A stretch of DNA of 47,574 nt from Candidatus Bathyarchaeota archaeon (lineage in GTDB: Archaea; Thermoproteota; Bathyarchaeia; Bathyarchaeales; Bathycorpusculaceae): the NCBI GenBank assembly GCA_963775685.1, contig CAVZJV010000007.1, positions 1-47,574 of the forward strand, in the 5' to 3' direction. A program made the translations under genes and the position numbers. The notes beneath the pieces are model-generated. The model was not told where the DNA came from, made no database searches, and saw only the letters and a program-made list of their open reading frames with translations. Shown here piece by piece: positions 10,554 to 19,850 of this stretch. Position 1 is the stretch's first letter; the number at the start of each line of letters is the position of its first letter.

Positions 10554-10700
10554 TTTGGATACCAATTAGTAATTCTGTTCAACTTGGATTTATACTTTCC
10601 CACCAATAGGTGCCACTATTCACTTCTGCTTCAGCAACTGACACTGGACAGCGTCTTTTTCCCGGATTACTCGTAGATGGGATTGAATATAATACTCACT

Positions 10701-10848
10701 TTTTATTAATACTTACGACTTGTAATGTAAAGTTGAGAACCACAACATGAAACTAACAAAAACATCCAGCATAGCAATAATCGCCCTAACAATAACCGCA
10801 CTAGCCCTAACACTAACAACCGCCGCAATTCTAAGCGCAAATCAAACT
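10701..10848 (+). pseudogene. Truncated duplicate of promoter and signal peptide of gene 15344
   Basis: ATG 10747 MKLTKTSSIAIIALTITALALTLTTAAIL aligns with 15298-15445, then switches to the repeat element. Confidence 0.85.
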
Positions 10849-11073
10849 TATACGGCCACTTAGTAGAGTTACCATGGAACCCTTCTAACGTTATTGTCTG
10901 CTAGACAACAACCGGTGTTTTTGCAAAATATGGGGTTTGTTTTGGTTGCTTTTCTTGTTTGGGCTTTGCAGCGTTTTCTGGCTGCGTCTTTGCCCGTCGC
11001 TATGTGGTTGAAAAAGATTGTTGGAGGCGGCTTGTTCTAGTGCCTTTGTATGAGCGAGAAAAGTTTTCCACAA
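10841..11073 (+). repeat. TA-associated element, copy a (5' segment)
   Basis: TTGCTTTTCTTGTTTGGGCTTTGCAGC.TTTTCTGG.TGCGTCTTTGC shared with 12660-12710; reverse complement of 24975-25133. Confidence 0.85.
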
Positions 11074-11125
11074 GCCACAAAAGGGAAATCGACACCAAGT
11101 CTTCAAATGTGTCCGCTTGCGAGAT

Positions 11126-11521
11126 CTATAGTGTTTCACGTTTTAACTCTTTGATCTTATCAAAATGCGGGTCCGTTGAAACAATAAAGTCTGCTTTAAT
11201 AGCAATAGCAGTGGCAGCGTGGAGGGCGTCTCTTGGCGCCAAATTGTGTTCTTTGATGAGTTTTAAAGCATCCAAGGTAAGTTTTCTGTCTGTGGAAATG
11301 ATATCTATATTTGGGAAGTTTAGGAGTGCATAAGATGTTTCTGTGGCAAGTTCTGGTTTACGTTTCTTTATTGACCAAAATATTTCATCAAATGTTAATA
11401 CTGAGGTGGCTGCTTTTTGGTCACCTTGTTGGATTTGTTGAAGCAGAGCTCTTGCTTTTTGTCCAGTCTCTTCAGTGTTTATAGCTGCATAGATGAAGAC
11501 ATTTGCGTCTAGGTAAAGCAT
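11126..11521 (-). CDS. vapC: VapC PIN-domain toxin
   Basis: YLDANVFIY, SVLTFDEI, LAPRDALHAATA, IVSTDPHFD. Confidence 0.93.
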   Translation of the reverse strand: MLYLDANVFIYAAINTEETGQKARALLQQIQQGDQKAATSVLTFDEIFWSIKKRKPELATETSYALLNFPNIDIISTDRKLTLDALKLIKEHNLAPRDALHAATAIAIKADFIVSTDPHFDKIKELKRETL

Positions 11522-11766
11522 TAAGGGTTTCTCTGTTCAAGTTCTTCTTCGTATTCGTGGGGATTTATTTTCTCGTTTGAGTGTATTTGCTCTGCTATTT
11601 TTTTGAATACAGCTACTCCATCGAAGCTCGGTTTTTTAAGGATTAGTTTGTCGTCTTCAAATGTGAACAGGACTTTGGAGCCTGCTTCTATTTTGAGTGC
11701 TTTTCGCATAGTTCGTGGAATAACTACTTGGCCTTTTGGACCGACTTTCATTTCTTCCTCAATCAA
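11521..11766 (-). CDS. vapB: AbrB-family antitoxin
   Basis: KVGPKGQVVIPRTMRKALKI; stop overlaps the vapC start. Confidence 0.9.
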   Translation of the reverse strand: MIEEEMKVGPKGQVVIPRTMRKALKIEAGSKVLFTFEDDKLILKKPSFDGVAVFKKIAEQIHSNEKINPHEYEEELEQRNP

Positions 11767-11863
11767 AGTCTTACCTTCAGTTATACTTTTGTAGAACCCA
11801 TATTTATACTAAACTTAGCAACGTCTCTATAGAGCAGAGTTGTTGTCTCGCTAAGTTTATATT

Positions 11864-11883
11864 TTACCCAATTATTTGGGTAA
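11864..11883 (+). promoter_or_regulatory. Palindromic operator of TA promoter
   Basis: TTACCCAA-ttat-TTGGGTAA between a TTTATA TATA-like box and ATG 11896. Confidence 0.65.
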
Positions 11884-11895
11884 TATAGTGTTTGC

Positions 11896-12138
11896 ATGGT
11901 TGAAACTACGTACTATGAAGACAAAGTGTATCTCCCGAGGCAGGTGCGCGAAAAGCTCGGGTTAGTCGATGGAGACGTTTTACACATTGAAGTCGTCGAG
12001 AGAGGAGTAGCCAAATTGAGCGTAGTACGCCGGTGCGGTGCCTCCAAGCGCGCCCTTGAAAAGTTAGATAACCCACCTGATCTGGGAACCATCAAAGGCA
12101 AACTTATAAGAGAAGAAATCTATGAAGACATTACTTGA
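11896..12138 (+). CDS. vapB: AbrB-family antitoxin
   Basis: KVYLPRQVREKLGLVDGD; C-terminal REEIYED; overlaps vapC. Confidence 0.85.
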   Translation: MVETTYYEDKVYLPRQVREKLGLVDGDVLHIEVVERGVAKLSVVRRCGASKRALEKLDNPPDLGTIKGKLIREEIYEDIT

Positions 12139-12559
12139 CACAAACATTCTAGTTCATGCCTATAACAAATCTTCGCCCAATCAACAACAAGCAAGCAAAA
12201 TCCTCAAAAAAGCCATGCAGGGCGAAATCCAAGCATGCCTAACACCTCAAGTGCTCTACGAATTTTTCGCCGTAGTCACCAGCGCCAAAAGAGTTGAACA
12301 CCCAATATCATCAAGTGAAGCTGCAAATCTTTGCATCGACCTCTGGGAGTGCAATAAGATAGAAAAATTGAACCCTTCAGGAATAGCGCCTATCGAAGTT
12401 TTCAAATTTGTAGAAGAACTTAATTTGTCTAAAGCTGAGATTTTCGATTGCGTCTTGGCTGTGACCGCCAAAGAGAACAGTATAGACAGCATATATACTG
12501 AGAACATTACAGATTTCAAACCTTACAAATTCATAAAAGCAGTAAACCCATTTGTATAA
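12122..12559 (+). CDS. vapC: VapC PIN-domain toxin
   Basis: LLDTNILVHA, PQVLYEFFAVVT, IFDCVLAVT, IYTENITDF. Confidence 0.92.
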   Translation: MKTLLDTNILVHAYNKSSPNQQQASKILKKAMQGEIQACLTPQVLYEFFAVVTSAKRVEHPISSSEAANLCIDLWECNKIEKLNPSGIAPIEVFKFVEELNLSKAEIFDCVLAVTAKENSIDSIYTENITDFKPYKFIKAVNPFV

Positions 12560-12599
12560 TCGCTAATTTTTCCATTTTAAGCTTCTATTGTGAAGTGGT

Positions 12600-12965
12600 T
12601 TGTTTGTCTGTAAGAAGAGACATGAGTTATTGCACTGTGAAGTAAAAGTTTGTTTTGGGTTGCTTTTCTTGTTTGGGCTTTGCAGCATTTTCTGGTTGCG
12701 TCTTTGCTTGGTCGCCATGCGGTTGGGTAAGGTTGTTGGAGGCAGCTTGTACTAGTTGTTGTTTGGGCGAGTAAAGTTTACAACAAAATTCAGGCTACTC
12801 AATGAATGCAACTTTAGAAGCTTTCTAACAGAAAATAACAGAGGATGATTAGTTGCCGTTGAGGTAGCGTGTTAGGTTAGGTGCTCGCCAACGCCTTGTC
12901 GTGGAGAATGGTGACGGCACAAATACTTTTAATTACTTGTCCTTTTTTTTGAAAAAAGGCGAATG
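12600..12965 (+). repeat. TA-associated element, copy b (longest; 5' segment plus core)
   Basis: Contains the segment shared with 10841-11073 and the core GTTAGGTGCTCGCCAAC..GTGGAGAATGGTGACGGCAC at 12876-12920. Confidence 0.85.
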
Positions 12966-13056
12966 AGAAAAAGGTGATTGTTTTGGGTTGTAAGTTTTTT
13001 CAATGGGTTGTTTTCTTTGTCTACTAGGGCTTTCTCGATTAATCAACAGCCTATTG

Positions 13057-13552
13057 CTAAAGTTCTTTTGCCACTTTGTTAACGACAGCCTCGCTTATTC
13101 TAAAACCTGTCTCACGTAGCCTTTTGAGAGCTTTTATGATGTCGGGTTTATCGATGACTTTGGCATCATACATCACTCTCAGGACCCACAAAGTCCCCAC
13201 GACGTTTAAGTTCATAGCTTTAGCTCTTCTTCGAGCAGCTTTATCGTCTAGCACAATTTGGTCCGCTTTCTCTTCTGATGCTAAAGCTATTGTTTCGGCT
13301 TCACCTAAGTCAAGCGGATCCAACAAAGCGTTAACAAGTAAGCTGTTTCTGACTTCCTTGACTTCAATCAAATTAGCCTTCACTGCCTCTTGGAGTTCAT
13401 GTTCACCCATTAACCCCTTCCCTGCTATGCAAATTTTCTTCGTAGACCGCTTTAGCTACAAGAATTCTTTTGAAGATTATTTGCAGTTTGTTGAGATACC
13501 CTAAGTTGCTTAAAGCTATAATAACTGATGAATTCAGAACAGCTTTGTTCAA
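13057..13552 (-). pseudogene. DUF3368-type PIN toxin with two frameshifts
   Basis: TTG 13552 reads MNKAVLNSSVIIALSNLGYL; two +1 shifts in A4 runs join LDLGEAETIALA..LDDKAARRRA..GTL. Confidence 0.8.
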
Positions 13553-13779
13553 ATCATAAGCTCCTTAAGAGCTTCCTTATCCGTGTAGGGATAAGCTGAG
13601 ATTCCTCTTTTCTTAAGTTCAACAAGAAATTCTTGGATAGGAATTTCGGCTATTTCTGCAGCTTTTCCAACGCTTATGGAACCCTTAGAAAAGGCTTCAA
13701 TTGCGGCAGCCACCTTAACGTCTCGTTCAGACAAGAATTCTGGAACTTTAACCTGTACCACTTTGGTTAAGAAACCCAC
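13549..13779 (-). CDS. UPF0175-family antitoxin
   Basis: AIEAFSKGSISVGKAAEIAEI...FL.ELKKRGI UPF0175 pattern. Confidence 0.85.
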   Translation of the reverse strand: MGFLTKVVQVKVPEFLSERDVKVAAAIEAFSKGSISVGKAAEIAEIPIQEFLVELKKRGISAYPYTDKEALKELMI

Positions 13780-13891
13780 CCTCCACTTTGTTCATACATA
13801 ACCGCATTAAAAAACATGTTGGAGCTCACATAATTTTCTGTTTTGCTCCAAAATCAAGTTAGGATATCTGATTCATGTTAACCCGAAGAGA

Positions 13892-13940
13892 TTGCTCGTC
13901 AACCTCATGTCGTGGAGAATGGTGACGGTACAACTACTTT
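13892..13940 (+). repeat. TA-associated element, copy c (core)
   Basis: TGCTCGTCAACCTCATGTCGTGGAGAATGGTGACGGTACAACTACTTT. Confidence 0.85.
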
Positions 13941-14006
13941 GAGCTATAAAAGGGAGTTAAATTGCTAAGATTATGTTTGGAGGTTTGTGTTGGCTGTGGT
14001 TTGTCG

Positions 14007-14285
14007 TTATTTGTTTTTTTTTTCGGTTGTGATTTCTTCGATTGGTTTTGGTGGGGGTGTTGTTGCCATTGTATAGCCTATCCATGCGCCTATGCCTAAG
14101 ATAGCTACGAAGGCTACGAATACTGGGGCTGCAATGAGCCAGAATCTAACATCAGCAGATGCGCCTATGTTTAGCCAGGGCTGGATTAATTGTTGATAAC
14201 CAAACAGTGCTCCTAAGTAAACTACAGCGACAACTGCGCAGACAAGAAGAATCGCACCACCTATTGTTTGATCTTTACTAGCCAT
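14007..14285 (-). CDS. Conserved archaeal 2-TM protein (WIGYTMATTPPPKPIEEI family); paralog of 33857-34147
   Basis: SKDQ.IG..I, two TM helices, same C-terminal motif as 33857. Confidence 0.8.
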   Translation of the reverse strand: MASKDQTIGGAILLVCAVVAVVYLGALFGYQQLIQPWLNIGASADVRFWLIAAPVFVAFVAILGIGAWIGYTMATTPPPKPIEEITTEKKNK

Positions 14286-14595
14286 ATTTTTTTCACCACC
14301 TAACAAAAGAAGGATTAATTGTTATCGATTGTTGACTAACATATTAACCATATTCTTTTTTCGGCACTATACTGATTTGTTTGAGATTTTTGTCTTTGTT
14401 TGGTTGTTGTGGGTTTTGTGTGCTGTTTGTTTTTGTTGGGTATTTTTTGAGGTTGTGAATGTGGTTTGGGTTGGTTTTGGGGGGTTGGTTGTTATAGTTG
14501 TTGATGGGTTTTTTTTAATTATCGTTTGGAAGGTTTTGGGGTGCATCTATAATAGGGTCTTTTGTTATCTGGGTTTGAGTTAAGAGGATCTGTAG

Positions 14596-15438
14596 ATGTT
14601 TGCAATTGGCCATTTTGCTTTGGGATATATATTTGGGAGGGGCACCTCAAAGCTCGCCAAAGTAGCGTTAAATCTTCCTCTTTTACTTGCAACCTCAATT
14701 CTACCAGACGTTGATTTGCTCTTTCGTTTTCTCATACACAGAGGACCCACCCACTCAATAATCACAATATCTGTCCTGATGATCCCATTCTTCATTATCT
14801 ACCGCAAACAAGCCCTTCCCTATTTTGCAGCCATGCTTACCCACATACTCATAGGCGATTTTTTCACAGGAGGCAGCGAGCTTTTTTGGCCGCTATCTCA
14901 CGACTTATTTGGAATATTGAACTTTGAAGTGACAAGCCTGGGTATCGAGGTTGTGGAGCTTGTGCTTTTCCTTGTAGTTGTCCCAGTTATGTATAAAATG
15001 GGTGATTTGCAGACGCTTCTAAAACCTCACAACAAGAATTGGGCTCTAATAATCCCGTTGGGATCAGTTATTGGCCCTTTGATTTCGCTTGGTCGAGGTC
15101 AAGAAGGTTCGCTTCCAGCCCTTCTTGTTGTGCCAAGCCTGTTATGCATAGTTATATTTGCTTACTCTATTTTTATTTGGCTAAGAGCTGGCATTTATCA
15201 GAATAAAAATAGACTGCAACTTGACAGTGCATATAAAGTTTCTTTGATGTGTATTTGTGTTCTTCTTCTTGACAGTGTTAACCATCAATACCTAATGTTT
15301 ATTAATACTCACTACACGAGATGTAAAGTTAGGGAACAAAATAATGAAACTAACAAAAACACCAACCATAGCAATAATCGCACTAACAATAACCGCACTA
15401 GCCCTAACCCTAACAACCGCTGCAGTTCTTACCAATAA
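14596..15438 (+). CDS. Membrane metal-dependent hydrolase (YdjM/DUF457-like)
   Basis: GHFALG, LPDVD, HRGPTHS, HILIGD motifs; the tail overlapping 15344 is probably run-on from a lost stop. Confidence 0.8.
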   Translation: MFAIGHFALGYIFGRGTSKLAKVALNLPLLLATSILPDVDLLFRFLIHRGPTHSIITISVLMIPFFIIYRKQALPYFAAMLTHILIGDFFTGGSELFWPLSHDLFGILNFEVTSLGIEVVELVLFLVVVPVMYKMGDLQTLLKPHNKNWALIIPLGSVIGPLISLGRGQEGSLPALLVVPSLLCIVIFAYSIFIWLRAGIYQNKNRLQLDSAYKVSLMCICVLLLDSVNHQYLMFINTHYTRCKVREQNNETNKNTNHSNNRTNNNRTSPNPNNRCSSYQ

Positions 15439-15793
15439 TCAAACTGTTCCTTTAAACGGAACAATAAACGCCGTAAACCTAGACGTATACACCGACAGCG
15501 ACTGCACCCACGCCGCCAAAGCCCTAACCGTAGGAACCCTAAACCCAGGCGCCACCGCAACACAAACAGTCTACATAAAAAACACCGGCAACATAGCCGA
15601 AACCCTAACCATGACAACCAACAACTGGAATCCTACAAGCGCCAGCGACTCATTAACCCTAACCTGGAACCGACAAAACACAATCCTCCCAGCAGGAGAA
15701 TCAATCCAAGCAACCCTAACACTAACAGCCGCATCAAACACCGGTAGCCTAACAACCTTTAGCTGCGACGTAACACTCAGCGGCACACAATAA
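15344..15793 (+). CDS. Secreted beta-rich hypothetical protein
   Basis: Signal peptide; VYTDSDCT, G.LNPG, YIKNTGN; strongly A/C-skewed codons. Confidence 0.75.
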   Translation: MKLTKTPTIAIIALTITALALTLTTAAVLTNNQTVPLNGTINAVNLDVYTDSDCTHAAKALTVGTLNPGATATQTVYIKNTGNIAETLTMTTNNWNPTSASDSLTLTWNRQNTILPAGESIQATLTLTAASNTGSLTTFSCDVTLSGTQ

Positions 15794-15795
15794 AA

Positions 15796-15843
15796 TTAAG
15801 ACAAAACTAAAGTGTCACTAAGACTGTTTGGTTTTTGTCTTAA
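15796..15843. terminator. 11-bp inverted repeat between convergent genes
   Basis: TTAAGACAAAA ... TTTTGTCTTAA immediately after the stop at 15793. Confidence 0.45.
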
Positions 15844-15859
15844 ATATAATGTCAAATAA

Positions 15860-16056
15860 AGGTTGCAGGGGTTTTTTGGATGCGCCTTATAATGCCACGT
15901 TCCGTCTGCCAAAGACTGCACCAAAGAGGGATGTTATAGTGGCCATTAAATGAGATAGGCAAAGTCAAGTTTAGATGCTCGCCACCCCCAGATTTATGGA
16001 GAATGATGACGGCACAATTTTTTTGTGTTAGTAGATAAATTTTTTGAAAAATCGCC
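15860..16056 (+). repeat. TA-associated element, copy d
   Basis: AATGCCACGTTCCGTCTGCCAAAG..GTTTAGATGCTCGCCA..GGAGAATGATGACGGCACAA; reverse complement aligns with 19998-20118. Confidence 0.85.
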
Positions 16057-16065
16057 AACAACGAT

Positions 16066-16671
16066 TTAGGGGGTTTGGGTTAGATTCAATTTAAGATTAA
16101 CGTATCGGTTGTTGAATTCTATGTTGCCGGTTTGACTGTTGTACATCCATAGTTCGAAGAGTAGGTTGTATTGGTTGGTTGTGGTTGTTTGGTTCCAGGT
16201 GGAGGGTTTGTTTATGGTTGTGGTTTGGCCGTTTATTTGGATGTTGCCGATGGTTGTTTGGTTGTTTTGGGTGTGTGTGTTGGTGATTGAGAAGCGCACC
16301 GGAACCTGAAAGGTTTGTCCATCTTGGATTGAGAAGCGTAAGTCATAGCAGGGTTGGGTGGGGTTGGTTACGCCTACGAGCCTGTCGGGCAGGGCGTCAG
16401 AGGCATTGTAGAGCTTAACATAAACTTGGTAGTAGGCCAAGGATCCTATGTGGTTTGTTACGCCCAAGTTTATGGTGTAGTTTTGGTTGGGCACAATGTT
16501 GTAGGGGTAATCGGCTGCCATTTGTTGGGATCCAAGCAGGTACAGCTCCGAAAACTGCTCTTCAGCCGGCAAGGAAATTAATGCCGCAATGGAAGGAGAA
16601 GCGAAAACCAGAATTCCGATTACGCCCACCGCGATTAGGATAAGTTTGTAATCATTCAGCTTCATCGCCAA
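16066..16671 (-). CDS. DUF1616-domain protein
   Basis: TM then EQFSELYLLG..A.DYP, LGVTNH.G..YY.VYVK, LLFELW. Confidence 0.78.
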   Translation of the reverse strand: MAMKLNDYKLILIAVGVIGILVFASPSIAALISLPAEEQFSELYLLGSQQMAADYPYNIVPNQNYTINLGVTNHIGSLAYYQVYVKLYNASDALPDRLVGVTNPTQPCYDLRFSIQDGQTFQVPVRFSITNTHTQNNQTTIGNIQINGQTTTINKPSTWNQTTTTNQYNLLFELWMYNSQTGNIEFNNRYVNLKLNLTQTP

Positions 16672-17179
16672 CGACCTCCGGTTTCATGTCGCCAATGCGT
16701 TTGATGTAGCTGCCTTTGAGGATGCGCCAAACCCAAAACAAAACAAAAACCAAAACAATCGACCCAACCGCGCTAAAGGCCACCGTCAACACAAGACCCG
16801 TCTGACCAGAAGCTTTGGCGTCGGTTTGGGCAGTTTGCGCTAAAGAAGAAACTTGACCCGCAGTTGCAACCACGCTATCAACTTTAGCCTGGACGTCGGT
16901 GATGTCGCCGCTGCGGTAGGTGTTTTCGGCTTGAGCCAACAAGTCCGCGGCACCGTTTAGCTGCACAAGAAGGCTGGTTACGTTTGCACCTGCTTTCTCA
17001 GCTTCAACTACGTCGCTAAAGGCTTGGTTTAAGCGGTTGTTAGCGGTCTGCAGATTGACTTGTATAGCGTCGGTTTGTGCAGCTCCAAAGTGTATTTCAA
17101 CACAGGCGCTAAGGGTTAGCAGGAAAAGCAAACTTAAGGCCAATATTTTTTGAGAAATACTAATTCTATGTCCCTCCAC
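16652..17179 (-). CDS. Hypothetical membrane-anchored helical protein
   Basis: Signal peptide, AEKAGANVTSL helical domain, C-terminal TM; operonic with DUF1616. Confidence 0.75.
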   Translation of the reverse strand: MEGHRISISQKILALSLLFLLTLSACVEIHFGAAQTDAIQVNLQTANNRLNQAFSDVVEAEKAGANVTSLLVQLNGAADLLAQAENTYRSGDITDVQAKVDSVVATAGQVSSLAQTAQTDAKASGQTGLVLTVAFSAVGSIVLVFVLFWVWRILKGSYIKRIGDMKPEVVGDEAE

Positions 17180-17267
17180 AGCTTTTAACGAGATTTTAAC
17201 TTAAAGCAGGTTACCAAAATATTTAACCCTTATTCGAGAACAAAGCCAAAAAATACGCTTAGTTAGC

Positions 17268-17990
17268 TTACCAAGCGTCTAGTATGATGCGTTTGAAGAT
17301 TTCGTAACCGTTTTTTAATCCAAGTTTTTTCTGACCTATTCTTTGTCTGTACTGAATTGGGATCTCTACGATTTCTTTGCCTGTTTGCTGCACATAGTTG
17401 TTTAATTCTACTTCTATGTCAAAGCCTTTTGACTTTACCTTCCACTCTCTTAGCAGGTTGGCACGAATTGCCCTAAGCCCAGTTAACGGATCTTTTAGTG
17501 CAACACCGTTTACGTGATTGTGAGCAAATGCAATTAGTTTGTTTCCGATGTGAAATATTCTATGCAGCGCTTCTGGGTCTACGTTGCCGTTTAAGCGGTT
17601 GCCACATACCATGCCAACTTCAGGTTTTTCTTTTAGGATCTGGATCATTTCGGGAACGTATTGGGCTGGGTAGGTGTAATCGGCGTCTGTGAGTACGACA
17701 TATTCTGTTTCTGCGCCTATGAGTTGGAGGGCTTTGGCTACTGCATCACCCTTTCCTTTTCCATCCTGGACTGCAACCTTTGCACCCAAATTTTTAGCGA
17801 TCTCACTTGTTCTGTCGGTGCTTTTGCCATCGACAACGATTAATTCAGCAGCATCAAGGGCATCTAGCATCTCTGTTATGGTGAGGCCTATTCCTTTCTC
17901 CTCGTTTAGAGCGGCTATGATGACCTGAGTTTCTGCACTTCTTTGCGCTTCTTCTTTATTTAATGGATTAATTAGCATCCTTTCACTCAC
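17268..17990 (-). CDS. Glycosyltransferase family 2 (DPM1-like)
   Basis: IIAALNEE, VVDGKSTDRT, GKGDA, TDADYTYP, GFDIEVE. Confidence 0.92.
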   Translation of the reverse strand: MSERMLINPLNKEEAQRSAETQVIIAALNEEKGIGLTITEMLDALDAAELIVVDGKSTDRTSEIAKNLGAKVAVQDGKGKGDAVAKALQLIGAETEYVVLTDADYTYPAQYVPEMIQILKEKPEVGMVCGNRLNGNVDPEALHRIFHIGNKLIAFAHNHVNGVALKDPLTGLRAIRANLLREWKVKSKGFDIEVELNNYVQQTGKEIVEIPIQYRQRIGQKKLGLKNGYEIFKRIILDAW

Positions 17991-18092
17991 ACAAAACCAA
18001 TGGCTAACTTAAGATATAAGACACTATGAAAAAATCTGAAGTATATCGAAAACCGAACTATTCTACATCAATCTCAGGCTTTACCGAATCAT

Positions 18093-18404
18093 CTATGCAA
18101 TCCTGTTACATAAACTTTCCAGTTGCTCTCGCTCTGAACCCAAAGACTCCAGCATCTTCTGTGCGCGATCGTAGCGTTGATGGAAATAGTTGTACTCTCT
18201 TAGGAATCCCTGGCCCTTCAAAGTCAAAAGGTACTTACCACGGCTAACTTTAATAAGGCCTGCACCTGAAGCAACCTCTAAGTATTTTTCAAGCAGGCTA
18301 AAGCTCAAGTTTGCCGCATACATTATGCGAGTTTTGCTTGCGCTAAAGTGCGCCGCTTCCAATATAGCTACCACGATGCTTAGGCGATCACGGTTTTTAC
18401 CCAA
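18093..18404 (-). CDS. Winged-helix transcriptional regulator
   Basis: NRDRLSIV..IL, KTRIMYAANLS, YLLT.KG..FL. Confidence 0.85.
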   Translation of the reverse strand: MGKNRDRLSIVVAILEAAHFSASKTRIMYAANLSFSLLEKYLEVASGAGLIKVSRGKYLLTLKGQGFLREYNYFHQRYDRAQKMLESLGSEREQLESLCNRIA

Positions 18405-18504
18405 CAAAACACCCCACACATTAACTTGAAACATACAAGACAAGAAACTATTTTCTAGAGAGAACTCTGCAAGGTCCCTTCCTGAAGGAAGCAGACATGG
18501 GCAG

Positions 18505-18822
18505 TTAACTCTGACTAGAACAAATTTCCCTTGCCTTCTTCCCCCCAATATAGCTCCTCTTATCTGCTGTATCAGTTCTTAAGCATTTTGCATTATAATT
18601 TTTACTGTAATAGTAAAACCAGCCAAAAACAGCAAAACCCCAACAAGCCAGCCCACCAAACACCCAAACTCCGCTTCCAAGCGTTAAACCGATGACCATA
18701 AACAGCAAAACAAAAACATACACAGCCAAACAACCCATTTGCCATGTATCGTGTGCCCTTAGTTTTGCCGCCATCTCCATACGCCCATAGCAAGCAATCG
18801 CCCCAAAAACCATATAAGCCAT
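18505..18822 (-). CDS. Possible small membrane protein (frame uncertain)
   Basis: Hydrophobic ORF within a G/T-skewed patch; competing frames. Confidence 0.25.
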   Translation of the reverse strand: MAYMVFGAIACYGRMEMAAKLRAHDTWQMGCLAVYVFVLLFMVIGLTLGSGVWVFGGLACWGFAVFGWFYYYSKNYNAKCLRTDTADKRSYIGGKKAREICSSQS

Positions 18823-18963
18823 ATTCCGACCGCGGAATAGCCTTGAAAACTATCATTGTTTTCAAAAAGGAACCCAAAAAATAGTCAGATAAGACTTGTG
18901 TATCAGTAATTAATAAAGCTTATAACCCAAAAACCAAGTAACTAAAATGTTGCTGGCTACCAA

Positions 18964-19179
18964 ATGGCAAAACCAACCCCCAGAAAACAAGGCAGCAAAA
19001 TCGAAATAATCCTACTATCACCCTTACTTGTCGTCATCTTCCTAGTCGGCTGGACCCTATACAACATAGGCGAACCAAACCACACACAAAAACAAAAACC
19101 CGCAAAGATAAGAGTCCGAAGTCAAGAAGATATTGAGCTAATGGCTATTCCAAGAGACGAACAATCAATAACAGTCTAG
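18964..19179 (+). CDS. Small single-TM hypothetical protein (paralog of 8254-8478)
   Basis: See 8254-8478. Confidence 0.7.
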   Translation: MAKPTPRKQGSKIEIILLSPLLVVIFLVGWTLYNIGEPNHTQKQKPAKIRVRSQEDIELMAIPRDEQSITV

Positions 19180-19647
19180 ACCAACAGGCAACAAATCAGG
19201 CTGCATCTTCACTTTGAAGGGTTTGACAAAACAAATCAAATCAGAATTCGCCTGCGACAGCTACTACAAGCCAGCAACGCTGCGCATCTTGCAAAGAGAC
19301 CTAACGGTTCTCTCAGAGGATCCCTTGGGTACACCCGCAGCTTAGACACCTGCTTCTTTGGCTTTGCTATCTTTAAAAAACGCAGTCTTCCACAACTATG
19401 CTTCAAATAAATTCGAATCAGAGCAATTTTAGCCACTCACCTTTTGTTAATTCAAAAACATTTTTCTGATGGTAATTTTTGAAAATTTAATAACGCGATT
19501 TCTGCATTTTCGGTTCGGTTTGGTGTTTTAATGAATTTACAGCTTAAAGTTTGAAACTTTGTCAGAGCTAAATATTGTTAGCTTTGTCAATTCTTCATTG
19601 TCCCCATGAAACAAAAATAAAAGAGATCTCCTTCAGGTCACCTTTTG

Positions 19648-19737
19648 TTAACCTAGCTATGGTTTCAGGTAAGTCTTTGAAGCGCTCATCTCCGGTTAGA
19701 ATTTTGGAACTTTGGATTGATTTATTCTGGCTATTGC
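19648..19737 (-). pseudogene. vapC C-terminal remnant
   Basis: Reads AIARINQSK/KILTGDERFKDLPETI, matching TARINQCRLLTGEEHFQNLLETI at 47062-47140. Confidence 0.6.
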
Positions 19738-19850
19738 AGGTTCAGGCGGAGAGCAGTATTGAATAAAAATCAAGTAGACCCCTTGGAAGAGATGATGATG
19801 CAACCGAATTTGCACATCGACAGTCTCATCTATCAAAACTTGCAGCATTT

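Noticed and set aside
8620-10746. Perfect 15-bp inverted repeat GTTGTGGTTCTCAAC / GTTGAGAACCACAAC around two TA pairs
   Set aside because: About one such match is expected by chance in a window this size, the right arm lies inside a duplicated gene leader, and no target duplication is seen.
12871-12925. Canonical integron attC site (GTTAGGT matches GTTRRRY)
   Set aside because: There is no upstream complementary RYYYAAC, the GTT/AAC polarity is reversed, most copies read GTTTAGG, and no IntI is in the window.
14329-14583. Hydrophobic ORF (also 27143-27406, 27208-27489, 10891-11139, 21710-21895)
   Set aside because: These are by-products of G/T- or A/C-skewed tracts or of the repeat element; no recognisable motifs.
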